This document shows positions 9,748-19,362 of a stretch of 64,000 bases of DNA, one piece after another (positions within the stretch are counted from its first letter, which is position 1; every line of letters starts with the position of its first letter). The stretch is from positions 67,145 to 131,144 of IMG/VR virus record IMGVR_UViG_3300025435_000010; one strand, given 5' to 3'. The DNA is from a virus. The position numbers and the translations under genes are program-made. The notes under the pieces are model-generated. The model had not been told where the DNA came from. It was given only the letters and a program-made list of their open reading frames with translations, and ran no database searches.

Positions 9748-12336
9748 GTGTACAGGAACGTATCATATCTACCGCGGGAACAAACAATTAACCTTTATAC
9801 GTGGGACGAGAACGGTAAACGTATAACCATCCCTTCAACGTTTGAGCCGTACATTTATTTGGAAACAAATAATGCACCGGATGCAATGAGTATCTTTGAT
9901 ACGAAGTTGAAGAAGAAGAGATTTAAAAATCAATACGATCGTTCTAGATATCTTAAAGATAATAAGGTCACTAGGGTATTTGAAAACTTTAACGTTAATC
10001 AACAATTCCTAATTGATACATATTGGCAGGATAATGAAAAGTCGGATTTTACTAAAAATCAGTTAAAGGTACATTTTATTGATATCGAAACATATTCACC
10101 TGATGCGTTTCCTAATCCTCAAGATCCTAACGATACAATTAACATTATCACTATCTACGATACTCTATCAAAGAAGTTTTATTCCTGGGGACTCAAACCA
10201 TATACAGCTAAATCAGCTGATGTGATTTATGTTGCATGTAAGACGGAAGATGAACTATTGCGCAGGTTTGTAGATTTCTTTAGTAAAGATTATCCTGATA
10301 TTCTTTCTGGTTGGAACTCAGAGTTTTTTGATGTACCGTATGTAATTAATCGTGTTAAAAAGGTATTAGGCGAAGAAGCTATGCAGAAGCTTTCACCTGA
10401 CCGTTCTTTACGCTCTAGGACGTTTATGGGTAAGTATGGACGAGAGCAGACAAAGTGGCATATTGAAGGACTATCGTGTGTTGATTATCTCGATATCTAT
10501 AGACGTTTTTGTCAGACACTTCGTGAGTCATATAAGCTCGACGCTATTGGTGAAATAGAGCTTCAAGAGCGTAAGATTGATTATGGTGATCAGAATTTGA
10601 CTGAACTTGCTGATGATAACTGGGAGTTATTTGTAGACTATAATATTCAGGACGTTAACCTTCTTGTAAGACTTGAACAGAAATTGCAGTATATACAGTT
10701 ATTGAGAATGATTGCATATGCCGGTCTAACAACGTTTGAAGGTGCTCTTGGCTCTCTCTCGGTTATTACAGGGCTATGTTCTATCCGAGCTCGGTTAAAA
10801 GACAAACGTATTCCTACTTTTGTTAAGGATGTTAAAGAAGGTGAGCAGAACGCAGGAGCTTACGTAGCAGATCCACAACAAGGCTTTCAAGAACACGTCG
10901 TCTCTTTTGACGCTAATAGTCTATATCCAAATACGATGATCACCTTAAATCTATCTCCTGAGACAAAGGTAGGTAAGATTATCAATAAGACTGAAACAGA
11001 TATAACTATTAAACATGTTAATGGGCAAACGTTTAATCTAACACATGAAAAATTCGCTGCATTTGTTAAGCAGGAAGAAATAGCAGTATCACGAGCAAAG
11101 ATTCTTTTTACTCAAAAAGAAAAAGGAATTATCCCTGATACAATCGATTATTATTATAATAAACGAGTTGAAGTAAAAAAGCTTCTAACAAAAGCCAAGA
11201 AGAAAGCTCTTACTCTACAAGAAGGTACGGAAGAATACGAGGATAATCAAATTGAAATCGACCGACTCAACATTCGACAGCATACGATTAAGATTCTAAT
11301 GAATACAGTGTATGGGTACTTTGGGAATAAACACAGTCCGCTTGGTGACGATGAACTAGCTGAATCAATCACCCTTACAGGTCAAGCAGTTATTAAAGAG
11401 TCAAATAGAATTCTCACTGAGTATATTAAGAATAAGGCTCATCTTACAGATAATGATATTAAGGAAAGTGATCCTATCATCTATAATGATACAGATTCGA
11501 GTTACATCTCTATCAAGCATCTAGTGAAGGCGCTGAAGATACCTGTCTTTGATAATGCCGGTAATGTAGCATCGGAGTATTATAAGACAGTAACAGATAT
11601 TGAAGATCATCTTAATAGAGAAATTACTATTTGGGGTAAGAGTGCTCTCGGATCAAAGGATTGTCGATTAGTGTTTAAACGTGAGGCTATTGCTGATGTA
11701 GGCTTGTTTCTTAGAAAGAAACGATACGTATTGCATACTCTTGATGTTGAGGGTATACCTGGTAAGAAGTTTAAGTATACAGGTGTTGAGGTTGTACGCA
11801 CTACGATGCCAACACCAATTAAACCTTATGTAAAGAAAATTATTGAGACAATGCTTCTTACAAAAGATTACGCTACTACAAATAAGATCTTTAATGAAAC
11901 ATATGAAATCTTCAAAGGCCTGCCCTTAGAAGATATAGCATTTGTAATGGGAGTTAAGGGATACGAAAAGTACGCCAATCATTGTAATGGATTCGAGACA
12001 GTAAAGAGAATGCCGAAGCATGTGAAAGCAGCTTACTACCATAATATTCTCCTTGATAGATTTGGTATTGAACGAAAGTACGAAAAGATGACATCGGGCG
12101 ATAAGGTGAGATTCTTTGAAGTAAAGAAACCAAACAGTTTTGGATTGTCTGTTATTGGTTACAAGTACTACTATCCGAAAGAGTTTCAAAGTGTATTTGA
12201 AATTGATCATGAAAAGATGTTTGAAAAGATTATCTACTCTGTCATTGAACGGTTTTATGAAGCTGTAAATTGGACTGTTAAAAAGCCTGGTAATGATGCA
12301 CAAATAGACCTTTTTGACCTTTTGGGTATGAACTAG
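9748..12336 (+). CDS. gp43: Family B DNA polymerase (gp43-like)
   Basis: Exonuclease motifs DIET, GWNSEFFD, YNIQDV; polymerase motifs FDANSLYP, KILMNTVYG, YNDTDS, KKRY. Confidence 0.95.
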   Translation: MYRNVSYLPREQTINLYTWDENGKRITIPSTFEPYIYLETNNAPDAMSIFDTKLKKKRFKNQYDRSRYLKDNKVTRVFENFNVNQQFLIDTYWQDNEKSDFTKNQLKVHFIDIETYSPDAFPNPQDPNDTINIITIYDTLSKKFYSWGLKPYTAKSADVIYVACKTEDELLRRFVDFFSKDYPDILSGWNSEFFDVPYVINRVKKVLGEEAMQKLSPDRSLRSRTFMGKYGREQTKWHIEGLSCVDYLDIYRRFCQTLRESYKLDAIGEIELQERKIDYGDQNLTELADDNWELFVDYNIQDVNLLVRLEQKLQYIQLLRMIAYAGLTTFEGALGSLSVITGLCSIRARLKDKRIPTFVKDVKEGEQNAGAYVADPQQGFQEHVVSFDANSLYPNTMITLNLSPETKVGKIINKTETDITIKHVNGQTFNLTHEKFAAFVKQEEIAVSRAKILFTQKEKGIIPDTIDYYYNKRVEVKKLLTKAKKKALTLQEGTEEYEDNQIEIDRLNIRQHTIKILMNTVYGYFGNKHSPLGDDELAESITLTGQAVIKESNRILTEYIKNKAHLTDNDIKESDPIIYNDTDSSYISIKHLVKALKIPVFDNAGNVASEYYKTVTDIEDHLNREITIWGKSALGSKDCRLVFKREAIADVGLFLRKKRYVLHTLDVEGIPGKKFKYTGVEVVRTTMPTPIKPYVKKIIETMLLTKDYATTNKIFNETYEIFKGLPLEDIAFVMGVKGYEKYANHCNGFETVKRMPKHVKAAYYHNILLDRFGIERKYEKMTSGDKVRFFEVKKPNSFGLSVIGYKYYYPKEFQSVFEIDHEKMFEKIIYSVIERFYEAVNWTVKKPGNDAQIDLFDLLGMN

Positions 12337-12373
12337 TTGATTTTAAAAAAATACATTATAATATATTAAACAT

Positions 12374-12727
12374 ATGAGCAATCTTATTACCTTCATTGAT
12401 CACATCGGACGCACCATCATCGGCGAAAATGCTGGTGATACCGATAACGGAGCTTCTTTCCTTGTAAAGAACCCAGCCATCATTCACGTTCAGCCAACCC
12501 AGACCGGGCAGCTTAACGTTCAGACTATTCCCCTTTATTTCCGTGAGTTTATCGGAGAGAAGTCTAAGGAGAACGGTACAACTTGGAAGTATCATTACGC
12601 TAATGTTGTTGTTGGTACAGACGTTGATAATGATCCTCGTCTTACTGACCAGTATGAGAAGCTTTGGTCAGCTCCCGTTGCAGCTCCCACTGCCGAACCT
12701 TCCGTAGTTAAGCTTTTTGATGAGTAA
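12374..12727 (+). CDS. Small beta-rich hypothetical protein (possibly Sm-like)
   Basis: 117-aa ORF with its own promoter-like element and a downstream terminator; the fold is a guess. Confidence 0.6.
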   Translation: MSNLITFIDHIGRTIIGENAGDTDNGASFLVKNPAIIHVQPTQTGQLNVQTIPLYFREFIGEKSKENGTTWKYHYANVVVGTDVDNDPRLTDQYEKLWSAPVAAPTAEPSVVKLFDE

Positions 12728-12757
12728 ATCGTAATCTGCTCTCAAAGAAACCAGATT

Positions 12758-12788
12758 AAATACCCGACTTCGGTCGGGTATTTTTTTT
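12758..12788 (+). terminator. Rho-independent terminator
   Basis: AAATACCCGAC-TTCG-GTCGGGTATTT stem with cUUCGg loop and T-run. Confidence 0.9.
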
Positions 12789-12789
12789 C

Positions 12790-12817
12790 TTGATTAGGTG
12801 AAATGTGATAGTATAAT
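12790..12817 (+). promoter_or_regulatory. sigma70-type promoter of uvsX
   Basis: TTGATT-N16-TATAAT, 7 nt before ATG 12825. Confidence 0.65.
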
Positions 12818-12824
12818 AAGAAAT

Positions 12825-13955
12825 ATGGATAAAGATTTACTTAAAACCCTTTCTGTTATTGACGAGCATAATTCAGATGCTTGTTTTCTTTCTGAAAATG
12901 CACTTTCAAATTTTACTGAGTGTTATGATACCGGTTGTTATGCTCTTAATGCTATTTTAACTGGTGATTTAAGGAATGGTGGTGTACCGCAAGGTCGTAT
13001 TATTGGCTTTAGTGGTGAGTCAGGAACAGGTAAAACTCTCATTACCGGTAAAATTTTAGCTAACGCTCAGAAGAAAGGTGTTATCCCGGTTATTTTTGAT
13101 TCCGAAATTGCTGTAGATAAAAACTCCGTCCGTGGCGTCGGACTCGATCCTGCTAACGTTAAGTACGTACCAATTGATACTATTGAGAAGTGTCGTAACC
13201 AAGTTAGTGCCTTACTTGACAAGGTCATTGCTAATAATCAGCATGGTAAGATTATTATCTGTATTGATAGTTTAGGTAATCTTGCATCACAGAAAGAGCT
13301 TGACGATGCTCTTAAGGATAAGTCAGCTGTTGATATGGGTATGCGCGCTAAGGCTCTTAAGTCTATGCTTAGAACCTTAACTTATAAGGCCGCTAAAGCT
13401 CAGGTTTCTATTATCTTTGTCAATCATACATATTCAGATCCTGCTGCTATGTATCCATCTTTGATCAAGTCACAAGCTGGTGGGTCTGGTCCAGTTTATA
13501 TGGCGAGTATTCTCGTTCAGCTTGCTAAGAGAAATGAAAAAGCAGGCGAAGGTGAGTTTGGCGGTGTTGAAGATAATAAGCTTTCTGAAGCTAACAAATA
13601 TAGCGGTGTAACGCTTCGAGCACTTACTGCGAAGAATCGTTTTATTCCTCAATTCCTTGAGATTGAGATGTATCTATCATTTAAGTCAGGACTAAACAAA
13701 TACAGTGGCTTGCTTGCCATGGCTACAGCAAGAGGTATTGTAGAGCAGAACGGCGCTACTTATACTGTCGGAGTCGATGGCGGTAAGTATAAAAAAGGTG
13801 ATAAGCTTGGTTATGCAAAGAACTTTACTAAGGACGCATCGTTTTATGAAGATTTTATTATACCGGCCTTAGACGAAGCGCTTAAAACAGATTATCGTTA
13901 TCATCAAGCCTCTGATGATCTTATTGATGATGTGGTAGAGCAAAACGCAGAATAA
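12825..13955 (+). CDS. uvsX: UvsX/RecA-like recombinase
   Basis: DTGCYALN, GESGTGKT, FDSE, IDSLGNL, NHTY, GGSG, KNRF; start moved to ATG 12825. Confidence 0.9.
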   Translation: MDKDLLKTLSVIDEHNSDACFLSENALSNFTECYDTGCYALNAILTGDLRNGGVPQGRIIGFSGESGTGKTLITGKILANAQKKGVIPVIFDSEIAVDKNSVRGVGLDPANVKYVPIDTIEKCRNQVSALLDKVIANNQHGKIIICIDSLGNLASQKELDDALKDKSAVDMGMRAKALKSMLRTLTYKAAKAQVSIIFVNHTYSDPAAMYPSLIKSQAGGSGPVYMASILVQLAKRNEKAGEGEFGGVEDNKLSEANKYSGVTLRALTAKNRFIPQFLEIEMYLSFKSGLNKYSGLLAMATARGIVEQNGATYTVGVDGGKYKKGDKLGYAKNFTKDASFYEDFIIPALDEALKTDYRYHQASDDLIDDVVEQNAE

Positions 13956-14668
13956 TGAGCGGCGTTATTGTACCTATCAGTGGTGGAATGGATTCAACCG
14001 TTCTTCTCCATCATGCAGCAGCTAATTTTGATAAAGTATATGCTATATCTTTTGATTATGGTCAAAGGCATATAAAAGAGTTAGAGTGTGCTGATTGGCA
14101 GATTAATAATATACGCGAAAGTGATGATGACAAAAATATATGCTTTAACACAACAGTTAAATTGCCATTTTTTAATCTCATTAAAAATTCTGCTCTACTG
14201 AATAGAGAAATTAATGTAGCTAAAGCAAAGGACGTAATGGGCGACCCGCAAACGGTTAATTATGTTCCGTTTAGAAATATGATGCTCTTGAGTATTGCAT
14301 GTTCATTTGCTGAACAATTTGAAGCTAGCGTTGTATATCACGGTGCAGCTCAGGCGGACTCCGTTGCAGGATACTGGGACGGATCCCCTGAGTTTCTTGC
14401 ATCTATTAATAACGTAACATCGCTTAATAGAAGAAATAAAGTTGAAATTGAAGCGCCATTGATTAATAAATCAAAAGCTGAAATTATTCAAATGGGTATT
14501 GATCTCGGTGTTGATTTTAGCCGTACTTGGACTTGCTATGAAGGTGTTGAAGAGGCGTGCGGTGAATGTACAGCTTGTAGTTTGAGATTGCAGGGCTTTA
14601 TTCAAGCAGGAATTAAAGATCCAATAAACTATTCAAAAAATATTCCTTGGGATAAGCTTTTAGCTTAA
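13955..14668 (+). CDS. queC: QueC-family 7-cyano-7-deazaguanine synthase
   Basis: SGGMDS PP-loop, FDYGQRH, YVPFRN, C-terminal Zn site TCY...CGECTAC. Confidence 0.9.
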   Translation: MSGVIVPISGGMDSTVLLHHAAANFDKVYAISFDYGQRHIKELECADWQINNIRESDDDKNICFNTTVKLPFFNLIKNSALLNREINVAKAKDVMGDPQTVNYVPFRNMMLLSIACSFAEQFEASVVYHGAAQADSVAGYWDGSPEFLASINNVTSLNRRNKVEIEAPLINKSKAEIIQMGIDLGVDFSRTWTCYEGVEEACGECTACSLRLQGFIQAGIKDPINYSKNIPWDKLLA

Positions 14669-15579
14669 CCAAAGTCGACACCGTAGCGACCACCTTCTCC
14701 ACCAAATACCTCACGACCGGTGGTAGGTCTGGCATTGACGCCAAATTGACGTTGAGCGTATTCGTCTGGAGTAAGATCTGCTAAATCAGCTTCACCACTT
14801 GTAAATTCATCAGCATTATCACCGAATTCGATAATATTACCTCTCTTAGAGAGAACACCAGCCTTTAAGAGTCTATTAATGACACCTTTTGCTTGTCCAA
14901 TAGCTCTACCTTCGCTAATATCCATATTACCCTGTACAATATGAGCCTTTATTGTATTGATTAATTCTTGCTCATTAGTACCATCTCCGACATTATTAAC
15001 AGCAAAATGCTCTAATTTATCGACACCACTTTCAGCGGCAGGCTCTTCCTGTTGAGTAGCCGTCGGTGTTGTGTGTTGTGCAGGAGCTGCTCTAAGTGCA
15101 TGTTCAGACTCATCATCTTTATGCTCAATTGAGCTAGTAACTGCATCCTCAACGTCACTATGATCGATATCTTCACCTTCTGAGGCCTTATCATTAAGAA
15201 ATTTGACAGCAGGCGCTACAGCGTTCTTAATAATACGTGCCGTGTACCCAGCACGAGCCTTAGGATAGCCTAAATGAACAAGCTCACTATGAATAGCATC
15301 TTGAAGACTTGCAAGTTGTTCTTTCTCTGAACCTTCTGCATCAAAACGGCCACCAGGAAATAATGCATCATAGACAGGCTTAACGATCATTTCGATAACC
15401 TCTTCTGCAGATTTACCAGTCTTTTTCATTAAATCGGAAAAAAGATATGTATCACCTCCGCGTGTTGTAACAGCTTGTGTTGTTGCACTATGAATATCTG
15501 CATAATCAGCACCGATTGGTGCTTCCTTAATAAGGCGATTACGATAAGCTTCGAAAATTAAATGTGAATCCTTGTTCAT
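14665..15579 (-). CDS. Acidic hypothetical late protein, possible C-terminal winged helix
   Basis: TAAATA 9 nt upstream; N-terminus LIFEAY...LIKEA; AKGVINRLLKAGVLSKRGNIIE resembles a winged-helix recognition helix and wing. Confidence 0.6.
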   Translation of the reverse strand: MNKDSHLIFEAYRNRLIKEAPIGADYADIHSATTQAVTTRGGDTYLFSDLMKKTGKSAEEVIEMIVKPVYDALFPGGRFDAEGSEKEQLASLQDAIHSELVHLGYPKARAGYTARIIKNAVAPAVKFLNDKASEGEDIDHSDVEDAVTSSIEHKDDESEHALRAAPAQHTTPTATQQEEPAAESGVDKLEHFAVNNVGDGTNEQELINTIKAHIVQGNMDISEGRAIGQAKGVINRLLKAGVLSKRGNIIEFGDNADEFTSGEADLADLTPDEYAQRQFGVNARPTTGREVFGGEGGRYGVDFG

Positions 15580-15619
15580 GTCTTGAATTATTTATTCTTG
15601 AAGGTATAATATATTCATA

Positions 15620-16303
15620 ATGTGTGGAATTTTCGCTGCTGCTGATTTTAACAAATATATAAAACTTTATCTTAAAAATAAAGAAAGAGGTACATTTGCC
15701 TATGGAGCTTTGTTTTTGAGTCATACCTATGATGCAGCTATGAAAACAGAGGGTACAGTTGAATTATCAAAAAATATGATAATCAATAATATAGACATGC
15801 AGATGAAGCCATCAGAGTTTTATTATTTTATGGGCCATACCCAAGCTCCAACTAGTTCAAAGCGCATATATGACGAATCAACATCGCATCCGTTTCATTG
15901 TGGTAATTGGGTAGTGGCGCATAATGGTGTTCTTACAAACGATAAGAAGCTTAAAAGTAAAATTAAAAATATGAGTCACTATAATGAAGTAGATACTTCT
16001 GTAATACCTGCTCTTTTAAATCAATATTCTGAAGAGATGGACAATGAGGTAGGATTAATTTGTGAAGTCTTATCAAAGCTTGAAGGTACATTCGGTCTTT
16101 GGATTTATAATAAACAATCTCACAACGTATATTTTGTACGATCAGGTAGCACTCTTTACGCAAATATCTTAGATAATACTGTCTCATCTCTTCCTGATAA
16201 TGATCTTGTACCTCTCGAAGAAGGAGTGCTATATCTCGTAACACTGGAGGGTTTAACCTCTGTCGGAGGCTTTACAAATAACTCACCATTTTTTATTCTA
16301 TGA
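15620..16303 (+). CDS. Stand-alone class II (Ntn) glutamine amidotransferase
   Basis: N-terminal MCGIF (Cys2 nucleophile), GHT, SHPF, AHNGVL, VDT motifs. Confidence 0.85.
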   Translation: MCGIFAAADFNKYIKLYLKNKERGTFAYGALFLSHTYDAAMKTEGTVELSKNMIINNIDMQMKPSEFYYFMGHTQAPTSSKRIYDESTSHPFHCGNWVVAHNGVLTNDKKLKSKIKNMSHYNEVDTSVIPALLNQYSEEMDNEVGLICEVLSKLEGTFGLWIYNKQSHNVYFVRSGSTLYANILDNTVSSLPDNDLVPLEEGVLYLVTLEGLTSVGGFTNNSPFFIL

Positions 16304-16992
16304 CATTCGCAATCGTATCCTGTACACAACAAGCTGATTATAAACAAACACTTCTCTATAAGAGCTTAGCTAAATTAGAAAAAACAAATAATTTGCAACT
16401 TTTAGATAAAGTTCAATTTCATACGCAAAATAAAAAAGGACTAAGCGAGGCTTATAACGATTCGTTATCACGCAACCCTCTCAACGTTGATAAAGATATT
16501 ATTATTTTTGCACATGATGATATCTGTATTGACGATGCAGGGTTTATATCAAAACTTGAAGAGGGGCACAAGACATATGATATTATCGGTGTCGCAGGAG
16601 GACTTAATCCAAAACTTAAAGCACCAGCTCTTTGGCATATTATGTGTGGTGGGTTTCAGGGAGGTGATTTACGTGGATTTGCCGGCCACTATCTACCAGA
16701 TGGAACTACATCTATTACAAATTTTGGCCCATCACCAGCTCGTGTAGCAGTTATAGATGGTGCGTTTATGTCAGTTAATACGAAGAAAGTTTTAGATGCT
16801 AAATGGTCGTTTAACGAAAACCACACGTTTCATCACTATGATTTATCTAGCTGTATTGATGCTAATAAGAAGAAGCTTAAAATAGGTGTTGTACCTATTT
16901 TGACATATCATAATTCACCAGGGTTAAGGGATATTAACGATAAAACGTTTGTTAAAAACCAAGCAAAGTTTTTACAAGAATATGCTAGCTAA
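16300..16992 (+). CDS. GT-A (GT2-like) glycosyltransferase
   Basis: GLSEAYN, FAHDD, IIGVAG, VIDG, FHHYD motifs; ATGA overlap with the amidotransferase. Confidence 0.75.
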   Translation: MTFAIVSCTQQADYKQTLLYKSLAKLEKTNNLQLLDKVQFHTQNKKGLSEAYNDSLSRNPLNVDKDIIIFAHDDICIDDAGFISKLEEGHKTYDIIGVAGGLNPKLKAPALWHIMCGGFQGGDLRGFAGHYLPDGTTSITNFGPSPARVAVIDGAFMSVNTKKVLDAKWSFNENHTFHHYDLSSCIDANKKKLKIGVVPILTYHNSPGLRDINDKTFVKNQAKFLQEYAS

Positions 16993-17022
16993 TAATAGCA
17001 TTAGACAGTATTATAGATAGGA

Positions 17023-18336
17023 ATGGCATCAATAGATCACGATTATTTTGAAAGAATAATGGTATGCAAGGCTTTAACAGATGAGATCTACCTTGCCTCC
17101 ATTGTTGATTACGTAAAGCCTATCTTCTTTAAAGATAAAGATATTAAACCTATCTTTAATATTATAAAAGACTACTTCAATCGCCGTAACACATGCCCGA
17201 CTAATACAGAGATTAAAGCTCTTCTTACTACTAGAGAATTAAAAGATTCTTATGTAAAGACAGTTGAGAAATTTAAAGATCTTGATTTAAATTTAAATGC
17301 AGAAGAACTTTATAAGAATACAGAGATTTTCTTAAAAGAAAAGGCTGTCTATCATACAATGCTAGAGGTTGTCGAGAAGCCTGATATGGATACAGCAAAA
17401 ATTTTAGAGATGTTTGAAGAGTCGTGTAATATTTCTTTAACTACAGAAATCGGACTAGACTTACTTGAGAATGTTGATAAGCTCGTTGAAAATTTGAGTT
17501 CGCAAATCAACTATATTCCTACAGGTTGGACGTGGTTAGATGAAAAAATTGGAGGAGGTTTTCTACAAGAAGGTAGAGCTCTATATGTGTTTACAGGTGA
17601 AACAAATATCGGTAAAAGTATCTTCCTTGGTAATGTGGCAATTAATATTGCCGAGCAAGGTAAAAACGTACTGCTCATCTCACTTGAAATGCCCGAGGTA
17701 ATTTACGCACAGAGAATTAGTTCAAATCTTACTAAAATTCCGTTGAGTAAGCTAAGAACGGAACTACCTACTCTTAAGCAGTCTTTAGAAGAATATGCAG
17801 GTAATAACCCTGGAGCTAAGATTCTTATTAAAGAGTTTCCGCCTTCCACAATTACTGTTGGTTATTTGCAATCCTATATTAAGAAGCTCCGTGATAAGGG
17901 TCTAAAATTTGATGCTATTGTATTAGATTATGTGAATCTCCTTACATATCCCGGTGAAGGTAATAGTTATGAGAAGGTAAAAAAGATTACCGAACAGCTC
18001 CGGGCTTTAACGTATATCTTTAATTGTCCTATTATTACAGCTACTCAGGTTAATAGGAGTGGGTTTGGTGTTTCGGATCCTGGTATGGAGACGATTTCAG
18101 AGAGTTCAGGTCTTGCAATGACCGCGGATGTTATTATGAGTATTTGGCAAGAAACTACAGATAGAGAGCTTGGTGTGATTAAGATGGGTATGATGAAGAA
18201 TCGTTTTGGACAAAACTTCGGCCAATGTGTTTTACGTATTGACTACTCTACTTTAACTCTTACTGAAGATGAACATCTAAACGATACCGAAGCGAGTACT
18301 AGTACTATTAACGCTCTTGCAGCGCTATCCAATTAA
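17023..18336 (+). CDS. gp41: gp41-like replicative DnaB-family helicase
   Basis: PTGW, GETNIGKS, ISLEM, KEFP, LDYVNL, ATQVNRSG, KNRFG. Confidence 0.92.
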   Translation: MASIDHDYFERIMVCKALTDEIYLASIVDYVKPIFFKDKDIKPIFNIIKDYFNRRNTCPTNTEIKALLTTRELKDSYVKTVEKFKDLDLNLNAEELYKNTEIFLKEKAVYHTMLEVVEKPDMDTAKILEMFEESCNISLTTEIGLDLLENVDKLVENLSSQINYIPTGWTWLDEKIGGGFLQEGRALYVFTGETNIGKSIFLGNVAINIAEQGKNVLLISLEMPEVIYAQRISSNLTKIPLSKLRTELPTLKQSLEEYAGNNPGAKILIKEFPPSTITVGYLQSYIKKLRDKGLKFDAIVLDYVNLLTYPGEGNSYEKVKKITEQLRALTYIFNCPIITATQVNRSGFGVSDPGMETISESSGLAMTADVIMSIWQETTDRELGVIKMGMMKNRFGQNFGQCVLRIDYSTLTLTEDEHLNDTEASTSTINALAALSN

Positions 18337-18376
18337 ACATTGATTTAATTAACTTTGTTGATAATTAGTTAGATCA

Positions 18377-18664
18377 ATGAAGCATCGAGATGATCACGTA
18401 TCTCTTATAACATACGAACAGGAGCATTTATTTCTTGCTTTCTGTTCTTTCGTTACACTCATGCACGCTAAAAAATTAAATCTAGCAAATGTCTTTCTTT
18501 TAGTATTACAGAACAAAGCTTTACGTGATTTGTTTAAGTTGTATTGTGATGCAAATAGTGATTACGCTGTTGTACAAGCCTTTCTTTCATTTGATCCTAG
18601 CTTACATAAAAGCAAATATGTAATGAAATACTTGAATAATAGTAAAAATAAGATTACAATCTAG
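18377..18664 (+). CDS. Hypothetical protein
   Basis: 95-aa ORF; TAATTA 9 nt upstream. Confidence 0.55.
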   Translation: MKHRDDHVSLITYEQEHLFLAFCSFVTLMHAKKLNLANVFLLVLQNKALRDLFKLYCDANSDYAVVQAFLSFDPSLHKSKYVMKYLNNSKNKITI

Positions 18665-18666
18665 AG

Positions 18667-19323
18667 ATGGAGCTATCTCTTACGGAGTTTGAAAAACACA
18701 TCTACAATACCCATTTAAGAATCTCCCGTAGTAAAAAGGGATTACCATTTAAGTATAGAAAAGATTTCAGCTATTTGCTTGATATTATTGTTATCAATTT
18801 AAAGAAAATATCAATTTTTCTAGCTAAGTTTCCGCATATTAAACTTGAAGACTTCATTAAAGCTCCCTATGAAATCTATCCAGATGAGCAGCATTTTGAA
18901 TTAGATTATTATACAACACTCAAAGCAACGAAAGCTTATACGTTATATCAAAAGAAACTTGAGTCAATGGACCCTGACGCAGAAGAACAACTTAAAAATA
19001 TTATCGAATCATTAAAATTTATTTCCCTATTTTGCAGAGAACAAAAAATATCTATTGATGAATATATCAATCATATCACCGGCAACAATCTCTCCTATGT
19101 CTTGCATCTGAAGGAACATAGAATAAATGCTTATACATTATTTGGATTTCCTAGCTTTGAGCGAAGTATAAGAGCTCTTGATAGCCAACTTATTAAATTC
19201 GTTCTAGGTGAAGACTTTTATAATAATCTTTCAAGCTTTCGGTTAAAGTTTTTTGCTTCTAAAAAAGCGAAAACATTAGTTGAACTTGGAATAAAAAAAA
19301 TAAAAATACAAAAAACTACTTGA
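18667..19323 (+). CDS. Hypothetical protein, positionally gp59 (helicase loader)-like
   Basis: 218 aa, basic and helical, directly upstream of gp32 as gp59 is in T4; TTGAAT-N17-TACAAT 6 nt upstream. Confidence 0.45.
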   Translation: MELSLTEFEKHIYNTHLRISRSKKGLPFKYRKDFSYLLDIIVINLKKISIFLAKFPHIKLEDFIKAPYEIYPDEQHFELDYYTTLKATKAYTLYQKKLESMDPDAEEQLKNIIESLKFISLFCREQKISIDEYINHITGNNLSYVLHLKEHRINAYTLFGFPSFERSIRALDSQLIKFVLGEDFYNNLSSFRLKFFASKKAKTLVELGIKKIKIQKTT

Positions 19324-19362
19324 TTAAACAAAAACCACAAACTATACTAAACAAAATTAATT

